Shown piece by piece: positions 1 through 9,709 of a stretch of 36,121 nt of DNA. Position 1 is the first letter of the stretch. Each line of letters begins with the position of its first letter. The DNA comes from Alphaproteobacteria bacterium. GTDB lineage: Bacteria > Patescibacteriota > Minisyncoccia > Phycocordibacterales > JABAAK01. Position numbers and translations under genes: made by a program. Under the pieces are notes generated by a model. That model made no database searches, was not told where the DNA came from, and saw only the letters and a list, made by a program, of their open reading frames with translations. The stretch spans positions 170,663-206,783 of the forward strand of contig JASGCN010000001.1 of the NCBI GenBank assembly GCA_030054135.1. The letters run 5' to 3'.

Positions 1-1
1 C

Positions 2-133
2 ACATCAGCTCATGAACCAGTGTCGTACACCATTTTACAGAAAAAGATACAGCACAAAAAACTATTACAAGCACTTCTTGATTTAGAAAGAAATGGTATG
101 ATTAAAAAGAAAAAAGGTGGTTTTATAGTGTAG
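2..133 (+). CDS. 3' end of a gene entering from the left; winged-helix-like C-terminus (DprA- or MutY-type tail, unresolved)
   Basis: Frame 2 is open from the edge: TSAHEPVSYTILQKKIQHKKLLQALLDLERNGMIKKKKGGFIV*, TAG at 131-133; the LxxLExxGxI pattern is typical of wHTH ends. Confidence 0.5.
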   Translation, partial: TSAHEPVSYTILQKKIQHKKLLQALLDLERNGMIKKKKGGFIV

Positions 134-137
134 CTGC

Positions 138-791
138 TTATAGGGGTCTATTATTTTTTGAAATGTGTATATGTATAAACATAGCAATAAAGAATGATCC
201 AAGCAAATACCACATTTCTGAATAATTCTCTAATAGTGGGATATGTACATTAGTAAAAGGATTTGTATTTGCATATATCCATACAATCAATATAAAAAGT
301 CCAGCAATAATTGCATACACACGACTGTGTATTGAACGAATAAGACCGTACGCGATAACTACATCAAGTATAAAATGTATAGCGAAAGCAAAAAATACAG
401 TATATGAAAATGCATTATGGGTTACGTTTTCCAATAATTCAACCCTAACGGCAGCTTCTGGGAATAGGTGAGTAAGAAAAAATATAATTGCCAAAAAATG
501 AAAAAGTATTCCTTCGTGTGTCATATGTTTTTCATGTTCATGTCTGCAAGGTATAAATCGAGAAAGAAAAGTTTTATTCCACAGATATACAAAAAGAAGT
601 GCTGGGATTCCCCCCCACAGTATTTCGTGTACATGAAGCATTTCAATAAGAGAAACTATTTCTTCCGCATGGAAGATATCTTCATGAGTCTCACCAAGTA
701 TCTCCGTAAGAGCTTTACCAGCAAGATGTGCCGATAAAACAAAAAAAAGTATTGCAGTGATGTACTCAATGAATATTCTTATTTTGTTCAT
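138..791 (-). CDS. His-rich polytopic membrane protein, possibly a divalent-metal transporter
   Basis: 217 aa, about 6 hydrophobic segments, loop CRHEHEKHMTHE, intramembrane HLFPE and HFILD. Confidence 0.6.
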   Translation of the reverse strand: MNKIRIFIEYITAILFFVLSAHLAGKALTEILGETHEDIFHAEEIVSLIEMLHVHEILWGGIPALLFVYLWNKTFLSRFIPCRHEHEKHMTHEGILFHFLAIIFFLTHLFPEAAVRVELLENVTHNAFSYTVFFAFAIHFILDVVIAYGLIRSIHSRVYAIIAGLFILIVWIYANTNPFTNVHIPLLENYSEMWYLLGSFFIAMFIHIHISKNNRPL

Positions 792-797
792 ACAATC

Positions 798-2651
798 TTA
801 TGAGATGAAAATAACAGGAACTACAATTGGCTCTTTATGAGTTTCTGAAATAAGGAAGCTTTCTATCCGTTTAGTGATGTATTTTTTTAAATCTTCAACA
901 TTGATAAATGTTTCTCCGTCAATTGCTTCTTCGACTGTATTCTTAATCATAATACGTGCTTTATTTACAAGATCTTGTGATTCACGCATATAAATGAATC
1001 CACGAGAAATAATATCAGGGGATTTTCTAAGTTTATTAGTTCTTTGATTGATCATAATAATACACACAAAGATTCCTTGTTCGCCAAGAGATTTTCTATC
1101 TCGCAATACCACTTCTTGTACACTCCCTATGGCGTTTCCATCAACTACAATAGGATTGTTCGGAGCAGTATATTTTTGAAGGATTGCTCGTTTACCATTG
1201 TCGACAAAATCAATAATACTACCAGCGTTAGGAATAATTATATTTTCTTTAGGCATACCTATATCCCGTAAGATGCGTGCGTGTGCAGTAAGCATGTAGT
1301 GAAAACCATGAACGGGGATAAAAAATTTTGGTTTCATGTGATTGTGGATCCAGCGCAGTTCTTCTTTATTTGCATGTCCTGAACTATGCACATCACTTGT
1401 TTGGTAGGTGACAATCGCCGCTCCAAGACGAGAAAGCTGATCTTTAACGTTTTGTATCGCTGTTTCATTTCCAGGTATCGTAGATGATGAAAAAATGACG
1501 GTGTCATTGTCATCTATCACAATTTGTTTATGAGTACCTTTTGACATTCGGTCAAGGGCCGCATATTCTTCTCCTTGTGAACCAGTTGCCAAAATAACAA
1601 GTTTTTCTTTTGGATATTCCCCACATTTTGCAACTGGTATGAGCGCTTGAGGATCAACTTTGAATATACCTAATTCATACGCAATACTTAAATTAGTAAG
1701 CATGCTTCTTCCTTCGATGACTACTTTTTTTCCTGCTGCAATAATTCCTTCTATAATTTGTATATTTCTATCAATTTGTGAACTAAATGATGAAATAATA
1801 AGCCTTCCTGTTGATTTTTTAACAATGTCAATAATGTTATTCACCACAGTTTTTTCTGATTTAGAAAATCCAGGGTTTTCAGCATTGGTAGAATCAGCAA
1901 TAGTAACAAGTATTTTTTCTTTTTCAAATATAGCAAAAGTTTCAAATTCTTCATTATCAACTACTTCATTTTCGTGTGAGAGTTTAAGATCTCCAGTGTA
2001 GGCAACATGCCCGTATGGAGTTTGAACTAAAATTCCCATTGCATCTGGAATGGTATGAGTTACCGCAAAAAACTTTATAGTGAAATTCCCAACAGTAATC
2101 ACTTGATTTGTTTCGATTTCACGCAAATCAAGAGGGCGCATATGAGTAAATTCTTGTTGGCGGTGTTTGATGAGAGCGATAGTAAGGCGACGAGAATAAA
2201 TAGGAGGGTGTCCTAAGTCATCCATAATATAGGGGATTGCCCCGATGTGATCTAAATGTCCGTGACTAATAAGAATAGCTTTGATCATGTGTTTTCTATC
2301 AGCAAGATATTTTACATTAGGTACCGTACAATCGACACCAGGAAGCGTTGGATCCTTGAAACTAAATCCTGCATCAAAAATAATAATTTCCCCATCATAT
2401 TCCATTGCGTGCATATTTTTACCAACTCGTTCAACTCCATCAAGTGCAATGATACGGACAGTGCCTTTTTCAGGGGCGGGGATTCGTAATGAGCTTTCTT
2501 CTTGATTTTCACTTGAATTAAGTGCACGCTCTCCAATACCCACTGAGTGCTTTTGTTTTCGTAAAGGTTTTGGACGTAATCCGAGGGGGACAGAAATTAG
2601 TTCGCGTGTTTCGTGTGCTCGGTGATTGTGTTCTTGTGACTCTGTATTCAT
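798..2651 (-). CDS. rnj: Ribonuclease J
   Basis: MBL motif HGHLDHIG, THTIPD, YTGDLK, DSTNA, TGSQGE, HSSGHA, PVHG, PDIISRGF. Confidence 0.95.
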   Translation of the reverse strand: MNTESQEHNHRAHETRELISVPLGLRPKPLRKQKHSVGIGERALNSSENQEESSLRIPAPEKGTVRIIALDGVERVGKNMHAMEYDGEIIIFDAGFSFKDPTLPGVDCTVPNVKYLADRKHMIKAILISHGHLDHIGAIPYIMDDLGHPPIYSRRLTIALIKHRQQEFTHMRPLDLREIETNQVITVGNFTIKFFAVTHTIPDAMGILVQTPYGHVAYTGDLKLSHENEVVDNEEFETFAIFEKEKILVTIADSTNAENPGFSKSEKTVVNNIIDIVKKSTGRLIISSFSSQIDRNIQIIEGIIAAGKKVVIEGRSMLTNLSIAYELGIFKVDPQALIPVAKCGEYPKEKLVILATGSQGEEYAALDRMSKGTHKQIVIDDNDTVIFSSSTIPGNETAIQNVKDQLSRLGAAIVTYQTSDVHSSGHANKEELRWIHNHMKPKFFIPVHGFHYMLTAHARILRDIGMPKENIIIPNAGSIIDFVDNGKRAILQKYTAPNNPIVVDGNAIGSVQEVVLRDRKSLGEQGIFVCIIMINQRTNKLRKSPDIISRGFIYMRESQDLVNKARIMIKNTVEEAIDGETFINVEDLKKYITKRIESFLISETHKEPIVVPVIFIS

Positions 2652-2669
2652 AGAGATAAATATGTGTAA

Positions 2670-4469
2670 TTAATTTTTAAATATTGTCCAAACTCGTTCT
2701 ATTGCAGTGTACCAATCTGCGATAAATACAAATCTATCGTGCGGTTCGATAATTCTTCTTGAAAGAGCTGAGTGTGCTTGTTCACTTCTCTTGAGAGCTT
2801 GCTGTATCTTTGGTGTTGTGAGATACAAAAAGTTTGGAGAATAAAGAAACACAGCAGGAACTCCCCGAGCTATCTTACCCTTGATACTATTATATATCAC
2901 GTTTTGTTGATTATTGTCAAGAGAAAGTGAATTTAATTGTTCTAATTCTGTAAATATAGAAGATGGATAGTTGGCAAGATCGGGCCCGGGTAATGTTATT
3001 TCTTCACGAGTGTTGGACAATGTACTAATAAAAGATTTGTTAGAGTTATTTTTTTTGATAAGATTATAAAAATGATTTGGTGTTGGTGCGTTATACCCAA
3101 TGAGTGCAAGGTCGTATTTTTTTGTTTCTATAATTTGAGAAAAGTATTCTATATCAGTGGCGTCAATAGTTAATGTAATGTTATGTTTTGCAAGTTGTTC
3201 TTTTAGTATTTCTCCAATGTGACGCATATCTGGTGTGTTGAGGATAACCATATTAAGTGCGAGTACGCGAGATCCTTTTTTTCGTACTTGAAGTAATGGG
3301 TCAACTTTCCAACCGACTTTATCTAAACTAGTGAGAACATTTTCAACTGCAATTGATTCAGTAATTGGTGTTGTATCTTCTGCAATTGGCCCAAAAACTT
3401 TTTTTGCATGTGAAACAAATACATTGTTTATTATTTCTTCTCGGTCAATGAGAGATGAAAGTACAGATCGAATGAGAGAGTATGCTTCAGTACTGTATCT
3501 GCTTTGAGCAAGAAAGAATATACCAAATACTCTTGTGCTGAGAAATGATGTCACTTCACTATCATTGATTTTTTCAAGTGCGTTTGTATCAGTTGGATTA
3601 AATGAATAAAAAGAATCGATGACACCTTTTTTATGTGCACTAATTATTTCTTCAGCAGTGTCATAAAAATAAAGAACAATTGTTTTGATAAAAGGGCGTT
3701 GCAATACATATGCATTGTATGCAGTAAGAGTGATATATTCAATTTTGCCATCTAAATTAAGATGTGCTTGTTGGTATGTATATGGTCCTGTTCCAATAAA
3801 AGCTCCTGGCCCACGATATCGACTCCAATTTTCAACGGGGACTTTTTTCCAGACATATTCCGGAAGAATGGGAAGCGTTAGTACTCTTGCAAAAAGAGGA
3901 TCTTTGTTAGTATTTATAATACGGACACCCCCATCTCCTATTTTTTCTACAGTAATATTTTTGTATGTATCTTTAAGTGGGGTTTGGAGAACAGCATTGT
4001 ATGAAAAGATAACATCTTCTGTGGTAACAGGGGTTCCATCATGAAAAAAAGCTTTTGGGTTAAGTGTGCACACTGCTTCTATTTTTTTCTGAACACAGTT
4101 TCCTAACACATCGCGTGTTTGAGTGCTACCAACTCGGTCAACAAGACCTCTATGAAGAAGAACAGAGATATCTTTTTCTGATTGGGTAGAGGCATACCAT
4201 GGGTGATAGTATATAGGGGCGTGAAGAATTCCTTCTTTTAAAGATTCTGTGCTTATAACAGGTTGCTCGTGTATGATAAGGGAATTTAATTTACCCAATA
4301 TTGATGCAACAAGAATAAGAACAAAAAAAGTAAACACAAAAAATATTTTTTTATCAGCATGTGGAATAAATCGTGCATCATCAATAATTCGGAGCGTACG
4401 TCGCGCGATTGCATCTTGTATGTGTGTAATATATTTCCACATAAGTATGTATGTTTTTTCAATACGCAA
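2670..4469 (-). CDS. Family 5 ABC substrate-binding protein (peptide/nickel type) with N-terminal TM anchor
   Basis: FHDGTPVTTEDVIFSY and IGTGPY motifs, IDREEII; start uncertain (4442 possible). Confidence 0.8.
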   Translation of the reverse strand: MRIEKTYILMWKYITHIQDAIARRTLRIIDDARFIPHADKKIFFVFTFFVLILVASILGKLNSLIIHEQPVISTESLKEGILHAPIYYHPWYASTQSEKDISVLLHRGLVDRVGSTQTRDVLGNCVQKKIEAVCTLNPKAFFHDGTPVTTEDVIFSYNAVLQTPLKDTYKNITVEKIGDGGVRIINTNKDPLFARVLTLPILPEYVWKKVPVENWSRYRGPGAFIGTGPYTYQQAHLNLDGKIEYITLTAYNAYVLQRPFIKTIVLYFYDTAEEIISAHKKGVIDSFYSFNPTDTNALEKINDSEVTSFLSTRVFGIFFLAQSRYSTEAYSLIRSVLSSLIDREEIINNVFVSHAKKVFGPIAEDTTPITESIAVENVLTSLDKVGWKVDPLLQVRKKGSRVLALNMVILNTPDMRHIGEILKEQLAKHNITLTIDATDIEYFSQIIETKKYDLALIGYNAPTPNHFYNLIKKNNSNKSFISTLSNTREEITLPGPDLANYPSSIFTELEQLNSLSLDNNQQNVIYNSIKGKIARGVPAVFLYSPNFLYLTTPKIQQALKRSEQAHSALSRRIIEPHDRFVFIADWYTAIERVWTIFKN

Positions 4470-4471
4470 CT

Positions 4472-4822
4472 CTATTTTTTAGAAGCAGAAGATGGTACTG
4501 TTGTTACTGTTGCATTTACTGGGTTTCCTTTGTCATCAGTAATAGTAATGGCGTTACTTACTTCATTGGAATTGAATTTTTTTTGTATTACTTCTGTACT
4601 TAATGTACCAAGTACTGATACAACAAAAAGAACTGCAATAATAATTGTTACAATGAAAGATACTTTCTCTGGCCCTCGTCTTGAACGTTCACTCGATTCA
4701 TTCATTGATTGTCCTCCGAACGCTGATCCAACACTTGAATCACTTTGTTGTAAAAGAATAAAAATAACAAGAAGTATAGCAAGTAATACTTGACCGTATG
4801 AAAGAAATTGTAAAAATGTCAT
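4472..4822 (-). CDS. secG: Preprotein translocase subunit SecG
   Basis: QVLLAILLVIFILLQ, GSAFGG, RRGPEK, second TM; ATG at 4822 is 6 nt after a TGcTATAGT box. Confidence 0.9.
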   Translation of the reverse strand: MTFLQFLSYGQVLLAILLVIFILLQQSDSSVGSAFGGQSMNESSERSRRGPEKVSFIVTIIIAVLFVVSVLGTLSTEVIQKKFNSNEVSNAITITDDKGNPVNATVTTVPSSASKK

Positions 4823-4883
4823 GCGTATACTATAGCACAGTGTCAATAATTTGTCATGATATTATGTATGGTATATTGTGTAT

Positions 4884-5141
4884 ATGAATAGAGCTATTAT
4901 TTATTCTGCTATAGTTGGATTTATATTAGGAGCATTGTCGTTTCTTTCGGGTCCATCTCTATTTGGAATATTAGCTTTTCCTCCTATGATATTACTCACA
5001 TCTCTTGGGGTAGCAGATAATATAGGATTTTTTACTGAATCTATTCGATTCACATATATTTTTTGGCTTGCAGTGCTTTGGGTTGGAGTATTTTGGAGCT
5101 TTGTTTTTGGTGGGATGGCATCTCTTTTTTTTAAATCTTAA
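4884..5141 (+). CDS. Small hypothetical membrane protein (2-3 TM)
   Basis: Hydrophobic 85-aa ORF; ATG 6 nt after TGgTATATT. Confidence 0.65.
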   Translation: MNRAIIYSAIVGFILGALSFLSGPSLFGILAFPPMILLTSLGVADNIGFFTESIRFTYIFWLAVLWVGVFWSFVFGGMASLFFKS

Positions 5142-5166
5142 ACTATAGTATACTTTTATTATTATT

Positions 5167-5517
5167 ATGAAAAATCTATATATATGGATTATGTGGTTGA
5201 CACTATTGTTAGTTGTTATTGGTATGTATGTGGTTATATCAAATAAATCAGAAGAAATAGAGGTTGAAAATGCAGAAGAGATGATATCTCTCGTTGAGGA
5301 AGAGAAAACTGAGCCATTTGTTTTTTCAAATACACCAAGTTTATTTGCTAAAAAATCTATAGAAAAAAGTGTTTCAACTTCTCCTGCACAAATCTCTGTT
5401 GAAAACTATACACCTAGAGCGCAATCGGTCTCTCAATTAATCGCAACAGATCAAAAATCTCCATATCCAGTGCATTCATCTTTGAGGGGATTGAGTACAC
5501 TCGCTCCAAAAATATAG
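5167..5517 (+). CDS. Hypothetical single-TM protein
   Basis: N-terminal hydrophobic helix followed by an acidic and S/T/P-rich tail. Confidence 0.6.
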   Translation: MKNLYIWIMWLTLLLVVIGMYVVISNKSEEIEVENAEEMISLVEEEKTEPFVFSNTPSLFAKKSIEKSVSTSPAQISVENYTPRAQSVSQLIATDQKSPYPVHSSLRGLSTLAPKI

Positions 5518-5552
5518 CAACGTGAGTATTGTTTTGGTATACTGATAGTAGT

Positions 5553-6563
5553 ATGAATAAAAAAAGAGTGGCGATTAATGGTTTCGGCCGTATCGGGCGA
5601 GCATTTGTTCGCATTGCTTCTCGTTACACAGATACAATTGAAATTGTTGCAATAAATGATTTGATGGATACAGAAACTGCAGCGTATTTACTCACACACG
5701 ATACAGTACACGGTTCGTTTGAAAAAAAAGTTGATTATTCTATGTCAGATATCACAATCGCTGGGTCTTCAATACTGTGGTTACAAAAAAAAGAACCACA
5801 ACTTCTTCCATGGAAAGATTTAGGTATTGATGTAGTAATAGAAGCAACGGGGTTATTTACTGAATACGAAAAAGCACATGCGCACATTACTGCGGGAGCA
5901 AAAAAAGTAATCATCAGCGCTCCAGTAAAAAATGAATTTGAACATGTATCTCTTACTAGTGGCACTTCTCTCATGGGCATTCCGTCTGCACATGCACATG
6001 CACAAATTATTTCAAACGCGTCTTGTACAACAAACGCTGTAGCAATTCCTATGAAGCTTCTTGATGACGCACTCGGCATTGAAAAAGCAGTGCTCTCGAC
6101 AACACATGCATACACAGCAACTCAACTTATTGTTGATGGGGCAACGAAGAAAAAAGATCTTCGAGAGGGAAGATCAGGGGCTCAAAATATAGTTCCATCA
6201 TCCACTGGGGCTGCAACAGCTCTTACAAAAGTAATGCCAAATTTAAAAGATAAATTTGATGGCATTTCTTTACGAGTGCCAGTTTCTGCAGGATCAATTG
6301 CTGATATTACATTCATATCAAAAAGACCAACATCAGTAGAGGAAGTTAATGCCATCCTTACAAAAGGGGCTTCTTTTCTACCACTGTTTTCAGTTACTAA
6401 TGAAAATCTTGTGTCTTCAGACATTATCGGGCTTGAATATGTGAGTATTGCTGATTTGGCTCTCACAAGAGTGGTGGATGAAAACTTGGTAAAAATAATG
6501 TGCTGGTATGATAATGAAATGGGCTACACACGATCTCTCGTTGAGCAGGTGCTTGCTGCATAG
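5553..6563 (+). CDS. gap: Type I glyceraldehyde-3-phosphate dehydrogenase
   Basis: INGFGRIGR, SNASCTTN, PSSTGAA, WYDNE; start moved to MNKKRVAING. Confidence 0.97.
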   Translation: MNKKRVAINGFGRIGRAFVRIASRYTDTIEIVAINDLMDTETAAYLLTHDTVHGSFEKKVDYSMSDITIAGSSILWLQKKEPQLLPWKDLGIDVVIEATGLFTEYEKAHAHITAGAKKVIISAPVKNEFEHVSLTSGTSLMGIPSAHAHAQIISNASCTTNAVAIPMKLLDDALGIEKAVLSTTHAYTATQLIVDGATKKKDLREGRSGAQNIVPSSTGAATALTKVMPNLKDKFDGISLRVPVSAGSIADITFISKRPTSVEEVNAILTKGASFLPLFSVTNENLVSSDIIGLEYVSIADLALTRVVDENLVKIMCWYDNEMGYTRSLVEQVLAA

Positions 6564-6611
6564 TGTATAGATTTTTTTAATTCTCGTAAATGTGTTTTAT
6601 ACTAGAAGAAT

Positions 6612-7061
6612 ATGAATATTGTTTATCTTGCTAGTGATCATGCTGGGTTTACTCATAAAGAAAAAGTAAAAGAATATTTAGAAAATCAAGGGTTCACTGT
6701 TATTGATTATGGTGCTGATACATATAATGAACAAGATGATTATCCGGATATGATTTATCCATGCATACGAGACATGGTAGAAAAACCAAACACCAAAGCA
6801 ATTATTTTTGGTGGATCAGGGCAAGGAGAAGCAATTGTTGCAAATCGTATTCCTCTTGCACGCGCAATGGTATACAACACTCCCAATGAACAACTTATCA
6901 TATTAGGACGAGAACACAACGATGCCAATGTATTGAGTATCGGTGCACGATTTGTTTCAGAAAAAGATGCATGTCGGGCGGTGGATATATTTTTACAAAC
7001 ATCTTTTACTGGGGAAGAGAGACATATTCGTAGAATTAAAAAAATAGATATTGTATTATGA
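6612..7061 (+). CDS. rpiB: Ribose-5-phosphate isomerase B (RpiB/LacA/LacB family)
   Basis: ASDHAG, DDYPD, GGSGQGE, REHNDANVLSIGAR, RHIRRI. Confidence 0.93.
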   Translation: MNIVYLASDHAGFTHKEKVKEYLENQGFTVIDYGADTYNEQDDYPDMIYPCIRDMVEKPNTKAIIFGGSGQGEAIVANRIPLARAMVYNTPNEQLIILGREHNDANVLSIGARFVSEKDACRAVDIFLQTSFTGEERHIRRIKKIDIVL

Positions 7062-7729
7062 TTCCACAAATTGTACCAGCAATTCTTGAATCAACATTTC
7101 CAGAAATTGTGCAACGCATTACAGAAATGCAAGGACAGTATAATTATGTACAAGTTGATGTGATAGATGGTAAATACGCACCGAGTATTACATGGCCGTA
7201 CAATAAATTAGCAGAAATTCACAGAGCACGAGAGCACACACAAACTCTCCCTGTTGATTTTGAAGTTGATTTAATGGTACGCGATCCTGAACGAACATTA
7301 TCTGCGTGGCTTTCAACTCGTGCAAAAAGAATTATCATTCACTATCGAAGTACACTTAATTTGGCAAGATGTATTGATGATGTTAAACGAGCAAAAAAAG
7401 AAGTTTCAATTGCGCTCACCGCAGGAGATACTTTTGATAAAGATTTATCTCTTCTTGCAAGTGTCGATGCAATACAATGTATGGGTATTGAGCGGGTGGG
7501 GTTCCAAAGACAACCTTTTCATGAAGATAGCATCGCATTGATTAAAAAAATTAAAAAAACTCTTCCACGAGTACATATTTGTGTTGATGGGGCAGTGTCT
7601 CCAAAAACAATCGGGGTCTTGTATCAAGCGGGGGCACGGCAATTTGCCGTTGGGTCTGCTCTTTTTAGAGGAGATCTATTGGAAAATAAAAAAGAATTAG
7701 AACAGGCTCTTATAGATATAAAGAAATAA
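7058..7729 (+). CDS. rpe: Ribulose-phosphate 3-epimerase (divergent)
   Basis: PAIL, VDVIDG, DLMV, MG..GFQRQPF, VDGAV, VGSALF; ATGA overlap with rpiB. Confidence 0.85.
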   Translation: MIPQIVPAILESTFPEIVQRITEMQGQYNYVQVDVIDGKYAPSITWPYNKLAEIHRAREHTQTLPVDFEVDLMVRDPERTLSAWLSTRAKRIIIHYRSTLNLARCIDDVKRAKKEVSIALTAGDTFDKDLSLLASVDAIQCMGIERVGFQRQPFHEDSIALIKKIKKTLPRVHICVDGAVSPKTIGVLYQAGARQFAVGSALFRGDLLENKKELEQALIDIKK

Positions 7730-7788
7730 ATCAATCGCTTTTTACAATAAACTAGAAAATATACATATTAATGCGTACAATAATGAAT

Positions 7789-9222
7789 ATGGCATATATT
7801 CCCACCATTGGGCTTGAAATTCACGCAGAGCTTTCAACTGAGAGTAAAATTTTTTGTGGATGCAAAAACGCGCCAAATGAAAGTCAACCAAACACTCTTA
7901 TTTGTCCTGTATGTTTGGGGTACCCTGGTGCAATGCCTGAACTTAATAAAGAAGCAGTGAAAAAAGTTTTACTTGTAGGAGTTGCACTGGAAGCAAAAAA
8001 ATTAGGTGGGGATGATGGCTATACACAATTTGACAGAAAACATTATTTTTATCCAGACATTCCAAAAGGGTATCAAATCTCTCAGCACTTATTTCCATTG
8101 GTGGCGGATGGTGTATTGCGTGGTGTTGGAAAAAATGGAGTAGCAGTTGCACGCGTGCACTTAGAAGAAGACACAGCAAAGTCTTCACATGATGGGGAGC
8201 ATTCTCTCGTTGATTTTAATCGTGCAGGCGTACCTCTTATGGAACTGGTAACATATCCTGATATTCATTCCGCAGAAGATGCTGGAGCGTTCGGAGAAGA
8301 ATTACAATTATTATTAAAAACTCTCAAAGTATCAAATGCACGAATGGAATGGGGAGAAATGCGAGTTGAAGTAAATATTTCAGTAAGTAATAATGATACA
8401 CGTGGCACAAAAGTAGAAATAAAAAATCTTAACTCATTTAAAGTTGTTCGTGATGCCATTGCCTATGAAATAGAAAGACAAACAGCTCTTCTTGAAAGTG
8501 GGGGCACCGTTGTGCAAGAAACTCGTGGATGGAATGATGCAACAGGAAAGACAGTATCTCAACGGGTAAAAGAAACTGCCGCAGAATACCGGTATATGAA
8601 AGAACCAGATATTCCACCATTTTTTATTTCTACGTATAACTTTACAAGGGAATCTCTTGCACAAGAATTGCCAATCCTTCCGTATGTGAAAAGAAAAAAA
8701 TATATTGAAGAATACAAGTTACAATCAACTCAAGCGGAAAGTATTGTTCGTTCTCCACAGGCAAGTATTGTGTTTGATAATGCTCTCACATATACAAATA
8801 ATGCTCACGCGATAAAAATAGCAAACTACCTCACAAGTGATGTGCTTAGTTATGCAGAAACACTGGGGGATACACTATGGAATTTTATTACAGGAGAGTC
8901 TCTCGGAAAAATTATCGAGCTCATTGAAAAAGGCACTCTCTCTTCTCGGGGAGCTAAAGAAGTGCTCGCTATTGTTATAAAAGAAGGAGGTGATCCTCTC
9001 ACCATTGCAGCAAAGAATAACTTTATACAAGTTTCAAATGAGGGAGAATTGTTAGCCCATGTACAAAAGGTAATTATAGACAATGGGACAGTTGTGGATG
9101 AATATAAAAAAGGAAAAGTTTCATCACTTCAATTTTTAGTAGGGTCGGTAATGAAATTAAGCAAGGGATCTGCTAACCCACAAAAAGTTCAAGAGCTGTT
9201 GAAAGAAGAGCTTAGCAAATAA
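7789..9222 (+). CDS. gatB: Asp/Glu-tRNA amidotransferase subunit B
   Basis: IGLEIHAEL, FDRKHYFYPDIPKGYQISQ, HLEEDTAK, DFNRAGVPLMELVT, EIKNLNSF; start placed at MAYIPT. Confidence 0.97.
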   Translation: MAYIPTIGLEIHAELSTESKIFCGCKNAPNESQPNTLICPVCLGYPGAMPELNKEAVKKVLLVGVALEAKKLGGDDGYTQFDRKHYFYPDIPKGYQISQHLFPLVADGVLRGVGKNGVAVARVHLEEDTAKSSHDGEHSLVDFNRAGVPLMELVTYPDIHSAEDAGAFGEELQLLLKTLKVSNARMEWGEMRVEVNISVSNNDTRGTKVEIKNLNSFKVVRDAIAYEIERQTALLESGGTVVQETRGWNDATGKTVSQRVKETAAEYRYMKEPDIPPFFISTYNFTRESLAQELPILPYVKRKKYIEEYKLQSTQAESIVRSPQASIVFDNALTYTNNAHAIKIANYLTSDVLSYAETLGDTLWNFITGESLGKIIELIEKGTLSSRGAKEVLAIVIKEGGDPLTIAAKNNFIQVSNEGELLAHVQKVIIDNGTVVDEYKKGKVSSLQFLVGSVMKLSKGSANPQKVQELLKEELSK

Positions 9223-9223
9223 T

Positions 9224-9643
9224 TTACTGCACTAACTCCCCAACATAGAAAGTTGGGAGCAATCGATCAGTAATTTTTTTATTAAATCCGTGCTGTTTTT
9301 GAAAAAGAGTTGAACCGTCTTTTCCGCAAATATCAAGTATTTTTTGTTTACCTCCTGGGTGTTTATTGATAAAATAAGTAAGATCATACACTTTTTTATT
9401 TATAATACTGTAACAAGATGTGATGTCATTGTGAAAAGCTACTTCTTGAGAAGAAAACATTATTTGTTTTTTGACTAGGTCTGACGCAATGACTACTTTT
9501 GGAGCTTGAGGACTTGCAGGGATACCAACGCCAGGGTTAATATTAAAAGAGATGAGAGATTTTTTGAATATAAAAAAATTAACTGTCCCCACAAGAATAA
9601 TGGTTATCAATATTGCAATCACAATTTTTTCAACATCATTCAT
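9224..9643 (-). CDS. Cytochrome b5-like heme/steroid-binding protein with N-terminal TM
   Basis: EVAFHN..SCYSII.KKVYDLT..HPGG...CGKDGS.LF..QH. Confidence 0.88.
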   Translation of the reverse strand: MNDVEKIVIAILITIILVGTVNFFIFKKSLISFNINPGVGIPASPQAPKVVIASDLVKKQIMFSSQEVAFHNDITSCYSIINKKVYDLTYFINKHPGGKQKILDICGKDGSTLFQKQHGFNKKITDRLLPTFYVGELVQ

Positions 9644-9709
9644 ATCTCTATTAGCTCCATAATATCACAAAAAACATAAAAAATCTTGATGCAATGCTAT
9701 AGTATTATT

